From positions 1 through 56,578 of the forward strand of contig CAZMYU010000005.1 in NCBI GenBank assembly GCA_964570655.1: a stretch of DNA of 56,578 nt. Direction: 5' to 3'. The notes below the pieces were generated by a model. The model saw only the letters and a list, made by a program, of their open reading frames with translations, had not been told where the DNA came from and ran no database searches. Origin of the DNA: an uncultured Gammaproteobacteria bacterium (GTDB lineage: Bacteria > Patescibacteriota > Patescibacteriia > Patescibacteriales > UBA12465). Positions 1-8,012 of the stretch are shown piece after piece; positions within the stretch are counted from its first letter, which is position 1, and the number at the start of each line of letters is the position of its first letter. The translations under genes and the position numbers were made by a program.

Positions 1-63
1 TGGCCGTATTTTGGCATACTGGTTGAAAAACCGCCATATGTGTGTACACATTACCGAATGGTA

Positions 64-93
64 TTGACAAAACAAGTTAATTCGTGATATACT
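64..93 (+). promoter_or_regulatory. sigma70 promoter with extended -10
   Basis: TTGACA (64-69), 18-bp spacer, TGaTATACT (-10 at 88-93), upstream of ORF 136. Confidence 0.75.
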
Positions 94-135
94 AGTTTAT
101 TACTTTAACAACCAACTAAACCAAAAATAAGAAAG

Positions 136-483
136 ATGGATAATTTAGATCAGAAAATCGATGCAATCGTTCAGGATTGGAAAGCAGAAGCAGCTATGGC
201 TCATGGACTTGCCTTGGAAGTAGGCACTATTCAGAGAATGAGATATGAGACAGCCTTGCTTCGCTTAATGCGTCGGACCGGAAACAATACTGACCTGGTC
301 AATGCTCTGAACAATTTCTTAATAGCCTTAGATGCCAATTCATATTTTGGAGCTGCTCATGAAAATATGTCTGAAGGAGCTACGAATCAAATTACCGAGG
401 CCATTAACAAGGCTGCCGACGAAGTCCGGTGGGCTTGCGGCGCTCAGCCCAGCAACGAAACAAGAAGTAATTGGCGAAAGTAA
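136..483 (+). CDS. hypothetical protein (115 aa)
   Basis: ORF with own promoter and terminator; no recognisable motif. Confidence 0.7.
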   Translation: MDNLDQKIDAIVQDWKAEAAMAHGLALEVGTIQRMRYETALLRLMRRTGNNTDLVNALNNFLIALDANSYFGAAHENMSEGATNQITEAINKAADEVRWACGAQPSNETRSNWRK

Positions 484-500
484 CAAAACTAACGCCAAAT

Positions 501-533
501 ATTAAAAGGGGTCAAATACGACCCCTTTTTAAT
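501..533 (+). terminator. intrinsic terminator
   Basis: AAAGGGGTC-aaatac-GACCCCTTTT hairpin just after stop at 483. Confidence 0.8.
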
Positions 534-711
534 TTGGTAAATTTTTATTTTTTAATTTTTAACTGTATTCACGCTAAGGGCGGTTATATTGTCGGAAAAT
601 ATTGAAAAATAAGAAGTTTTAAAATCAAGAAGTATTCAATTGTGATACTTCTTTTTTATTTGTTTTTAATGTGGTAGAATTATAATAATAATTTAAATTC
701 TAATTAATATT

Positions 712-2145
712 ATGAAAATTAAAACTAAAATAAATCTTAGTTTTTTGATGGCCTTCGTGGTGATCAATTCTTTCCTGGCTGCTTTTATTGGTGTCTATAC
801 TACCAATCTGGTTAAGGACAAGATTCATGCTTATCTGCAATCCAGTAGTCGGGCTAGAGCCGAACATATTAGAACTTTTTTGCAGGATCAAGAAAAGACC
901 GCCGTTATTTTGGCCGAAGCCTCGGTCTTTCGTGATTTTTTGAAAGAGTCGGCCACTAGTGCTCAGTATCCAATTATCAAAGAAAAAGTCAATAAACGTT
1001 TGCTTCGCACTATCAAGGCTGATCCTAGTATTTACGAAGTGTTTATTTTAAGTGCTGATGGTAAAATACTGGCTTCCTCTGATCCTAGTCAGGAAGGAGA
1101 AGACAAGTCTCAAGATGATTATTTCGTCTCGGCCAAAAATGGAACATATGTTAAGGATGTTTATTTTTCTGAAACTATTAAAAAACTGTCTTATTCTGTC
1201 TCGACTCCCATCAAGGATGATGCTGGTACTCTTTTGGGCGTCTCGGTTTTGCGGTATTTGCCCAGCGTCTTTTTTGACATTGTGAAAAGTGAAAATGGTT
1301 TGGGCGATACTGAGGAGAATTTTTTGATTAATAGAGATAAGTTTTTTATTAGCCCCTCTCGTTTTTTGGGAGAAGAGGTGATTTTGAAGCAAAAAGTAGA
1401 GACCCAAAATGCCAATAATTGTTTTGATCCCCAAGAAGAGGAATATGTTAAGAAAAATGGTTATAGTGGTATGGTGCAGAAATTTGGTAGTCAAATACTA
1501 GAAGCCAAAGATTATCGCAATGTTGATGTCATGGCTACTCATGCCTATATTCCCGAAACTGGGTGGTGTTTGATTACCAAGGCCGACAAAGTTGATTTGT
1601 TTGCTTTTCGGGGTATTTTGATAATTATTTTTTTCTTAGCTTTTACTATAGCCGCTATTCTTTTCTATTTATTTGGTTTTGCAATTGCCAAAAAGATTAC
1701 TAGCCCGATTAAAAATTTGCAGATTAAGATTGATAAAATCAAAAAGGGTCAATTTGATATTCAGGCTGGTATTAATTCTGGCGATGAATTGGGTGTTCTT
1801 TCAGAAAATTTTAATGTCATGGCCATGGATTTGAAAAAAGCCAAAACTGAGTTAGAAAATTATAATGCCAAATTGAAGCAGGAAGTAGCTGAACAAACCA
1901 AGAATTTGGAGGCGGTCAAAGCCCAATTGCAAGTAGCCAATTTGGGTTTGGAGCAAAAAGTAAAGGCTCGAACCGTGGAACTGCAAAAACTCCAGGCTGA
2001 TCAGGAAAAGATAATTCAGGAAAAGACCAGGGAACTCCAACAGAAAATTGAGGATCTAGAAAAGCTCAATAAATTTATGACCGATCGCGAGCTCAAAATG
2101 GTGGCCTTGAAGAAGGAATTAGAAGACTTGAAATCTAAATCATAA
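712..2145 (+). CDS. membrane sensor, TM-dCache-TM-HAMP-coiled coil, no kinase domain
   Basis: Two TM segments flanking a Cache-like region (YFSETIKKLSYSVSTPIKDDAG); HAMP (ITSPIKNL...GDELGVLSENFNVMA); heptad tail ending RELKM..LKKEL. Confidence 0.8.
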   Translation: MKIKTKINLSFLMAFVVINSFLAAFIGVYTTNLVKDKIHAYLQSSSRARAEHIRTFLQDQEKTAVILAEASVFRDFLKESATSAQYPIIKEKVNKRLLRTIKADPSIYEVFILSADGKILASSDPSQEGEDKSQDDYFVSAKNGTYVKDVYFSETIKKLSYSVSTPIKDDAGTLLGVSVLRYLPSVFFDIVKSENGLGDTEENFLINRDKFFISPSRFLGEEVILKQKVETQNANNCFDPQEEEYVKKNGYSGMVQKFGSQILEAKDYRNVDVMATHAYIPETGWCLITKADKVDLFAFRGILIIIFFLAFTIAAILFYLFGFAIAKKITSPIKNLQIKIDKIKKGQFDIQAGINSGDELGVLSENFNVMAMDLKKAKTELENYNAKLKQEVAEQTKNLEAVKAQLQVANLGLEQKVKARTVELQKLQADQEKIIQEKTRELQQKIEDLEKLNKFMTDRELKMVALKKELEDLKSKS

Positions 2146-2155
2146 TCCCCCTCAT

Positions 2156-2204
2156 AAAAGCCGTTTCATGCAGACCTTTTAACCAAGGTAGAAACGGCTT
2201 TTTT
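2156..2204 (+). terminator. hairpin terminator
   Basis: AAAAGCCGTTTC...GAAACGGCTTTT followed by T-rich run after stop at 2145. Confidence 0.65.
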
Positions 2205-2218
2205 CTTTTTTAAAGAAC

Positions 2219-2298
2219 CTGGATCCTGGCCTTCGCCAGGATGACAGGTGCGGGGGTTGTTTGTTTTAATTGTCATCCTGGCGAAGGCCAGGATCCAG
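2219..2298. repeat. inverted pair of 28-nt REP hairpins (GIY-YIG-associated family)
   Basis: 2219-2246 is the exact reverse complement of 2271-2298 (TGTCATCCTGGCGAAGGCCAGGATCCAG); identical to copies at 46498 and 46859. Confidence 0.95.
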
Positions 2299-2318
2299 AC
2301 CCAGGATTTTAAATTAAA

Positions 2319-2347
2319 TTGACAATTTCATAGCCTCGTGCTATGAT
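2319..2347 (+). promoter_or_regulatory. sigma70 promoter with extended -10
   Basis: TTGACA-17bp-TATGAT with TG at the extended position. Confidence 0.75.
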
Positions 2348-2392
2348 TTTTTATTACTTTCACAACTAAATAACACTTTAAACAAATAGGAA

Positions 2393-3073
2393 ATGACAGA
2401 AAAAAAAGAAAAACCTTTCCATGAATCCATACTGGATTCAATCGTTATGGCTCGTCAGCTTGACCTGCCTCAATTGGCAAAAATCATCAAGGATACCGTC
2501 ATACCAGAAAACCATGATGTAATTATTAAGGCTTGGCAAGAAAAGATTATCGGCTTTGGCCTTGGCGATGATTACGGAATCCCGGAGAGTTTGAGAACCA
2601 AAAACACTATTCAGGTTCTCAAAAAAATGCAAAAAGAAAGAGATCAGGTCCTGAAGTTCGACCTTTGGAAGGACTATGCCGATTTTTTATTAAATCTGGA
2701 AAATCTTTTCCTGGCCGAATTGCAAAGCAAGTTGGACAATCAGGAAATTGAACATTGGCTGGAGTCAATGAATAATTTCGTTGATGAAAATCGGAACACT
2801 GGCGCCTGGGATGTCCCCGAACTGGAGGATATCTGTTTCCAATTGCCTGGTCGCAAAGAGAGCGTTCAAATCAGTATTCCTTATGCGGATGTCAAAAGTA
2901 TTGGTTTGAATTTTATGATTCAGGATGAATCTCATTGGTATTCGCTCCAAAAGCATACCGACCTGCCGACAATTTTCTCACCAGAGCTGATTGAAATAAT
3001 CGTCAAATGGTTACAAGCCGGCGAAGTTGATCTGAGCGAAGAAGCTCAATTCCGGTTTGTTGAAAACGATTAA
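2393..3073 (+). CDS. hypothetical protein (226 aa)
   Basis: Long ORF between a promoter and a terminator; no motif recognised. Confidence 0.75.
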   Translation: MTEKKEKPFHESILDSIVMARQLDLPQLAKIIKDTVIPENHDVIIKAWQEKIIGFGLGDDYGIPESLRTKNTIQVLKKMQKERDQVLKFDLWKDYADFLLNLENLFLAELQSKLDNQEIEHWLESMNNFVDENRNTGAWDVPELEDICFQLPGRKESVQISIPYADVKSIGLNFMIQDESHWYSLQKHTDLPTIFSPELIEIIVKWLQAGEVDLSEEAQFRFVEND

Positions 3074-3082
3074 AATGAAACT

Positions 3083-3112
3083 TAAAAAAGGGAGACCAAA
3101 TGGCCTCCCTTT
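3083..3112. terminator. bidirectional terminator
   Basis: AAAAAAGGGAG...CTCCCTTTT between convergent genes. Confidence 0.75.
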
Positions 3113-3136
3113 TGAATTTATATAGAAAATTAGAGA

Positions 3137-3547
3137 TTAAGCATTAGCTTTTTTAAATTGGCGATATTTATCCATAATCACGGTCGAAATTCCACCAACT
3201 ACTCCAACAATTGCTCCAATGGTTCCAGTTGTAGCTTCAGCGGTTTTACTCAGCACATTGGCTGGATCATAGTTCATGAGATCTTGCAGATTTATAGCTA
3301 CCTCTGCTAATCCCAAAGCAGCTGCTGCGCCTAATAAAATCTCAATAGCTATTAATAATTTCTGTTTATTTTCCGGGGTATCGGGTAATTCTGTTTTGGT
3401 CGCCATACTGGCTAACATTTCTTTGCTTTTGTTGATGAAATCATTGGCTATTTGTTCTTCTTCGGGCGTCATGAGCTCTTCTGGATTTTTTATTTCTTTT
3501 TCGATAGGCGCCGTTACCGGCATTTCGCTTTTACCAAATCCAAACAT
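3137..3547 (-). CDS. hypothetical protein with two C-terminal hydrophobic helices
   Basis: 136-aa ORF with hydrophobic LLIAIEILLGAAAALG and IGAIVGVVGG segments. Confidence 0.7.
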   Translation of the reverse strand: MFGFGKSEMPVTAPIEKEIKNPEELMTPEEEQIANDFINKSKEMLASMATKTELPDTPENKQKLLIAIEILLGAAAALGLAEVAINLQDLMNYDPANVLSKTAEATTGTIGAIVGVVGGISTVIMDKYRQFKKANA

Positions 3548-3559
3548 ATTTTTTAATAA

Positions 3560-3688
3560 TTATTTTAATAATTCGTTAATTTGAGACATCAAGGCATTGT
3601 ATTCCTCGTGGAATTTCAAGGTTTCTTCCTTGCTAGCCGTGCCTTTTTTTATTTTGGTTGCCAAGGCCACCATTTCTTCTTTGGTCAT
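3560..3688 (-). CDS. small hypothetical protein (42 aa), not in ORF track
   Basis: Hand translation MTKEEMVALATKIKKGTASKEETLKFHEEYNALMSQINELLK; ends 12 nt before the start of the 3547 ORF on the same strand. Confidence 0.6.
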   Translation of the reverse strand: MTKEEMVALATKIKKGTASKEETLKFHEEYNALMSQINELLK

Positions 3689-3752
3689 AAGGTTAATTTT
3701 TAATTAATTAGATATTGATATTCTTATTATACAATTTTTAAAGGGGAATTAC

Positions 3753-3898
3753 AATGCCTCAAGAATATTGGACCAAAAACCATGGCGGACTGAGCGAGGC
3801 ACGGTCCCCCGTTAGGGGGCGAGCGAAGGAGCCGTGAGCGGCGCGAAGCCGCTGGGCGAAGCGACCGCGTGTTTTTGGGGCAATATTCTTGAGGCATT
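3753..3898. mobile_element. MITE/REPIN-like element with 28-bp terminal inverted repeats
   Basis: 3753-3780 vs reverse complement of 3871-3898 match 26/28; 90-nt core ~73% GC with internal hairpins. Confidence 0.6.
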
Positions 3899-3946
3899 TT
3901 TTCAGTTTATTAAAAATCCCAAGGCAATGGCTTGGGATTCTTTGGG

Positions 3947-4582
3947 TTATGCGTTTGCTTCTGTCCAATGTTTTTGGAATTTTTTCTTGGCCTCCTGAGA
4001 TCTTTTGTCTCGCCAGGCTTTGGGATCGATTTTGAGCCATTCCTCGGGAATGCTCTTTATAAACCAAAAGCCGGAGCAGGGATTATCAATCTCGACGATG
4101 ACGAAAAAGATGAGGGCCAAGAAATAGGCCGTGCTACCCACAATGATAACTCCATCAGCAGCTGTGCCATAATTTTGGCCCATAAAGGTCAAAAGAATAG
4201 CTATGGAAAACATTAGTACCAAGGCATGGACCAGGGGCGACATTTCTTCGTCTCTTAAGTCCATAAAGGTATCAATGTCCCAGCGTTTGACGGCGGTCCT
4301 CATAGCTTTGTATTCGGTCCAAACGGTATTGATAACAATACCGATTAAGATGGAGTAGAGAACTGAAAAGGCCAGGATCCAAGAGGAGTTGACTATTGTG
4401 CTCATCTCGGCGTTGAAATGGATATTATTCTGATGGAATATCAGTAACCATAACAAGCACATTATAGTGGCAAAGGCTCCAGGTATAACCAGCGCGCAGA
4501 TGGTTTTGACGGCTAGCTCCAAAAATTTCTTGGATTTGTTCCAATTTTTTGGATACTCTATGTTTTTTTTAAATATCTTCAT
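3947..4582 (-). CDS. membrane protein, DUF4239-like
   Basis: Four TM helices; SVLYSILIGIVINTVWTEY and IVEIDNP motifs; ATG at 4582 preceded by GGAGG (track start 4594 is TTG). Confidence 0.6.
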   Translation of the reverse strand: MKIFKKNIEYPKNWNKSKKFLELAVKTICALVIPGAFATIMCLLWLLIFHQNNIHFNAEMSTIVNSSWILAFSVLYSILIGIVINTVWTEYKAMRTAVKRWDIDTFMDLRDEEMSPLVHALVLMFSIAILLTFMGQNYGTAADGVIIVGSTAYFLALIFFVIVEIDNPCSGFWFIKSIPEEWLKIDPKAWRDKRSQEAKKKFQKHWTEANA

Positions 4583-4692
4583 GATTTCCTCCAATTTGAT
4601 GTTAGTGAACGATAGAATACTTTAGTATAATATCTATTTTTTGTCAATATTGCTTAGGCTATGCTATAATAATGACTATTAATAGAAAATTT

Positions 4693-4860
4693 ATGTCCCA
4701 CGAAATTGAAGCTGATTTCAAAAATGATTGGCCAGTTGAGGCTACTCAGTGCTGTAATTGCACTAGTTTTGAGGACGGCGAGCCCCTGGGTTTTTGCACT
4801 GAGGCTCAGGGTGAGGTGCCGCCCACGGCTCATTGCGATTTTTTCAAATCAATCGATTAA
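4693..4860 (+). CDS. small Cys-rich protein, HiPIP-like spacing
   Basis: CCNC-x11-C-x12-C; ATG 4693 chosen because a TGcTATAAT -10 lies just before the track start at 4672. Confidence 0.6.
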   Translation: MSHEIEADFKNDWPVEATQCCNCTSFEDGEPLGFCTEAQGEVPPTAHCDFFKSID

Positions 4861-4878
4861 TTTAAATTAAAAAATGCT

Positions 4879-5166
4879 ATGACTATTGATGGGTCCTTGC
4901 TGGGGCTAATAGTTTTTGGACTACTTATAAATTTTGTCGCCTTTATTATTATGTGGATAGACAAAATAAAATCGGCTCGCTCAGGATCTCCCCGAATTTC
5001 CGAAGGCTTGTTATTTTTCTTGGCCACTATTTTCGGTAGTGTTGGAGTTTATCTAGGTATGTTTGCCTTTCGGCACAAAACTCGCAAATGGTATTTTCTT
5101 GTGGGCATGCCATTACTAATGTTGGAAAACTTTACTCTTTTATATTTTATTTATAATTTAATTTGA
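4879..5166 (+). CDS. DUF1294 (YsdA-like) membrane protein
   Basis: RISEGLLFFLATIFGSVGVYLGMFAFRHKTRK signature. Confidence 0.85.
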   Translation: MTIDGSLLGLIVFGLLINFVAFIIMWIDKIKSARSGSPRISEGLLFFLATIFGSVGVYLGMFAFRHKTRKWYFLVGMPLLMLENFTLLYFIYNLI

Positions 5167-5170
5167 CTAC

Positions 5171-5803
5171 ATGCAAATAAGTATTTTTGATGAATTGAGC
5201 AAAAAGAAATCAGAGGCCAAGAAATACGTCGGCCCTTTTTATTTGTTTTTTGATACTGAAACTACCGGCTTGCCTCAAAACTACAAGGCGCCTTATGATG
5301 ACTTGGACAATTGGCCGAGGATTGTTCAATTGGCCTGGGTGCTGACCGATAGCCAGCAAGAAATTATCGAGCAAAAATCTTTGATTATTAAACCCGATGG
5401 TTTTAGTATTCCCGCGGCCTCATCGGCTGTTCATGGGATTACCGATGCCAAAGCTAATGAATTGGGAATTCCTCTGGTGGAGGCTCTTAATTTTTTGAAT
5501 GAACCACTAATGAGTCAGACTCCCATTCTAGTAGCTCATAATATTGATTTTGATACTAATGTTTTGGGCGCCGAATTTTTGCGGGCCAATTTGACTTCTA
5601 ATTTTATGGATTTAGAACGGATTTGTACTATGAAAAGCAGCGTGGCTTTTTGTGATTTAAATAATCGAAAGTTTCCCAAGCTGACCGAACTGCATTTGCG
5701 TTTGTTTGGCGAAGATTTTTCCGGAGCTCACGATGCCTTGGTGGATGTCTTGGCCTGCTCTCGTTGTTTTTTTGCCCTTAAAGAAAAGGGAATTATTAGC
5801 TAA
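5171..5803 (+). CDS. DEDDh 3'-5' exonuclease (DnaQ-like)
   Basis: ExoI FDTETTGL, ExoII AHNIDFD, ExoIII HDALVDV. Confidence 0.9.
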   Translation: MQISIFDELSKKKSEAKKYVGPFYLFFDTETTGLPQNYKAPYDDLDNWPRIVQLAWVLTDSQQEIIEQKSLIIKPDGFSIPAASSAVHGITDAKANELGIPLVEALNFLNEPLMSQTPILVAHNIDFDTNVLGAEFLRANLTSNFMDLERICTMKSSVAFCDLNNRKFPKLTELHLRLFGEDFSGAHDALVDVLACSRCFFALKEKGIIS

Positions 5804-5809
5804 ACAATT

Positions 5810-7066
5810 ATGAAATATGATGTGGCGATAATTGGTGGTGGTCCGGCGGGAATGATGTCGGCTGGTCGGGCTGGCGAACTAGGAGCTAGAGTAGTTTTGC
5901 TAGAAAAAAATTCTCAGTTAGGAATAAAGTTGTTAAGCACCGGTGGCGGTCGTTGCAATTTTACTAATCACAAGAGTAATCGGGAATTGGCCAGTAGTTT
6001 TGGCAAAAGTGGTGCTTGGCTTTTGTCAGGACTCAGTAAATTTGGCCCCGAAGAAGTGATTAAATTTTTTAATAACCGAGGACTTCGTACCAAGGTGGAA
6101 GAAAATGGCCGAGTTTTTCCAGTTAGTAATTTGGCGACAGATGTTTTGCGAGTTTTAACTGATTATTTAAAATCTTCAGCGGTTGAAGTTCGACTAAGCG
6201 CCGAAGTTAAAGATATTGTTAAGGTTAAAAATAAAATTAGCAAAATTATATTAAGTAATGGAGAGGAAATTGTGGCTGATAAATTTGTAATGTGTGTCGG
6301 GGGAAAATCTTATCCGCTGACTGGCTCCACTGGCGATGGTTATAAGTGGCTGAAAAAATTGGGTCATAGTATTGTTGATTTGCGACCAGCTTTGACGCCT
6401 ATTATTTTAAAAGAAACATTTATCAAGGATTTGGAGGGCTTGAGTTTACCAGTAGTGGGATTAACTATTTATAAAAATAATAAAAAAGCGCTAGAGGCTC
6501 TGGGTCCAATTGTTTTTACCCGTCAGGGACTTAGCGGACCACTGATTTTAAATCTAAGTTCGGAGATTGGACTGCTGGGAGGCAAAAATTTGCCAATTCA
6601 ACTAGATTTTTTGCCAGACCTAGATAAGATTCAACTGGACAAAAAATTACAACAAGAATTTGCTTCTAGTAATAAAGTTTTTAAAAATGCTGTTAGTCAA
6701 CTGGTGCCACCAAAATTAGTAGGCCTGATTGTCCGCTTATCTGGCATTTCGCCTCAGAAAAAATTAAACTCCATTACCAAAGAAGAACGGCAAATCCTAG
6801 GGCATCTCTTAAAAGAATTTGCTTTGAACCTGGATAGTTTGGCTGGCTATGATTTGGCCATGATTAGTGCTGGCGGGGTTGATCTAAAAGAAGTGGATCC
6901 TAAGACTATGAAGTCAAAAATAATTGATAATCTCTATTTGGCCGGTGAAATACTGAATCTTAATGGTCCAACTGGTGGCTACAATCTTCAGCTGTGTTGG
7001 ACCACTGGCTATGTTGCCGGAGAATCTGGTGTCAGGCACCAGAAACGATTGCGAAGTCTGAACTAG
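5810..7066 (+). CDS. HI0933/YhiN (BaiN) family flavoprotein
   Basis: IIGGGPAGMM, GIKLLSTGGGRCNFTN, GGKSYPLTGSTGDG, GPTGGYNLQ. Confidence 0.92.
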   Translation: MKYDVAIIGGGPAGMMSAGRAGELGARVVLLEKNSQLGIKLLSTGGGRCNFTNHKSNRELASSFGKSGAWLLSGLSKFGPEEVIKFFNNRGLRTKVEENGRVFPVSNLATDVLRVLTDYLKSSAVEVRLSAEVKDIVKVKNKISKIILSNGEEIVADKFVMCVGGKSYPLTGSTGDGYKWLKKLGHSIVDLRPALTPIILKETFIKDLEGLSLPVVGLTIYKNNKKALEALGPIVFTRQGLSGPLILNLSSEIGLLGGKNLPIQLDFLPDLDKIQLDKKLQQEFASSNKVFKNAVSQLVPPKLVGLIVRLSGISPQKKLNSITKEERQILGHLLKEFALNLDSLAGYDLAMISAGGVDLKEVDPKTMKSKIIDNLYLAGEILNLNGPTGGYNLQLCWTTGYVAGESGVRHQKRLRSLN

Positions 7067-7087
7067 CACTCAGGTGCCTGACACCTG
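7026..7087. repeat. inverted pair of RAYT-type REPs
   Basis: CTGGTGTCAGGCACCAG (7026-7042) and CAGGTGCCTGACACCTG (7071-7087); same core as REPs flanking the RAYT gene. Confidence 0.8.
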
Positions 7088-7137
7088 GACTTATGGGCAC
7101 TAGCGTGTTATCATTTAAGTAATTAACTTTAAAAAAT

Positions 7138-7695
7138 ATGGGCAATTTTAATCAAGGTAGTCGCTTTGGTGGCAAAAAGAGTTTTGGTCGAGATAGGGAT
7201 TCTAGTATGCACCAAGCTATTTGTTCTGATTGCGGTCAGAAATGTAGCGTGCCATTTAAGCCAACGGGTGACAAGCCAGTGTATTGTAGCGATTGTTTTA
7301 GCAAAAAAGAAAGTGGTGGCAATAATCGATTTCCTCGGAGAGATTCGGGTCGTCCGAGTTTTGGCGACAAAAAGATGTTTACTGCTGTTTGCGATAAATG
7401 TCATAATGAATGCGAAGTACCTTTTAAACCGACTGGCGACAAAGCGGTATATTGTAATGATTGTTTTCGCAGTATTGATAAACCAGGTGCTGGCGCTAGA
7501 AATTCCGGAGGCGCTGATTATCAAAAACAATTTGAGATGTTAAATGCTAAATTGGATAATCTGTTAAAAATTTTGGCACCAAAAGAAGTAGCCGCTCCCA
7601 AAAAAATAGCCAAGGTGGCCAAGGCGGTCAAGCCAGTAAAAATTGTTAAAGCTGCCAAAGCTGTCAAAAAAGTGGCTGCCAAGAAAAAGAAATAA
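7138..7695 (+). CDS. CxxC-x17-CxxC domain protein (two domains) with Lys/Ala-rich tail
   Basis: CSDC-KCSVPFKPTGDKPVYCSDC and CDKC-ECEVPFKPTGDKAVYCNDC; tail of AKK/VKK repeats. Confidence 0.9.
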   Translation: MGNFNQGSRFGGKKSFGRDRDSSMHQAICSDCGQKCSVPFKPTGDKPVYCSDCFSKKESGGNNRFPRRDSGRPSFGDKKMFTAVCDKCHNECEVPFKPTGDKAVYCNDCFRSIDKPGAGARNSGGADYQKQFEMLNAKLDNLLKILAPKEVAAPKKIAKVAKAVKPVKIVKAAKAVKKVAAKKKK

Positions 7696-7717
7696 TTAAT
7701 TATTAAAATACATTTAT

Positions 7718-7840
7718 ATGGCCAAAAGAACTACCGGCGTGGGCAGCAAAAAGACTGGACACCCGCATAAAACCAAAAAACGTTTGGAGATCAAAAGACT
7801 AATGCTGGAACAAAAAGCTCTCAAAAACAAAAAGAAATAA
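7718..7840 (+). CDS. small very basic protein (40 aa), not in ORF track
   Basis: Hand translation MAKRTTGVGSKKTGHPHKTKKRLEIKRLMLEQKALKNKKK; 22 nt after previous stop, before a terminator. Confidence 0.7.
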   Translation: MAKRTTGVGSKKTGHPHKTKKRLEIKRLMLEQKALKNKKK

Positions 7841-7864
7841 TCAATTTCGATACTCATTAAAACC

Positions 7865-7900
7865 AAAAATGGGGTACCTAGCAGGGTATTCCGTTTTTGT
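7865..7900 (+). terminator. intrinsic terminator
   Basis: AAAAATGGGGTACCT-agc-AGGGTATTCCGTTTTT. Confidence 0.65.
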
Positions 7901-8012
7901 TACTGGGTGCTGCGGGGTGGGATTGACTAATTTAAAACATTGTGATAGATTTGAATATTCTAATGGTTTATTGACAATCTAATTTTGGTATAACTTTTCT
8001 AAATAAAAAGAG

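Noticed and set aside
41-50. Palindrome TGTGTACACA upstream of the first promoter
   Set aside because: Only 10 bp, single copy, no regulator to link it to
3759-4216. ORFs 3759-4067 (-) and 3932-4216 (+)
   Set aside because: They overlap the DUF4239-like gene and stay open only through the GC-rich repeat element
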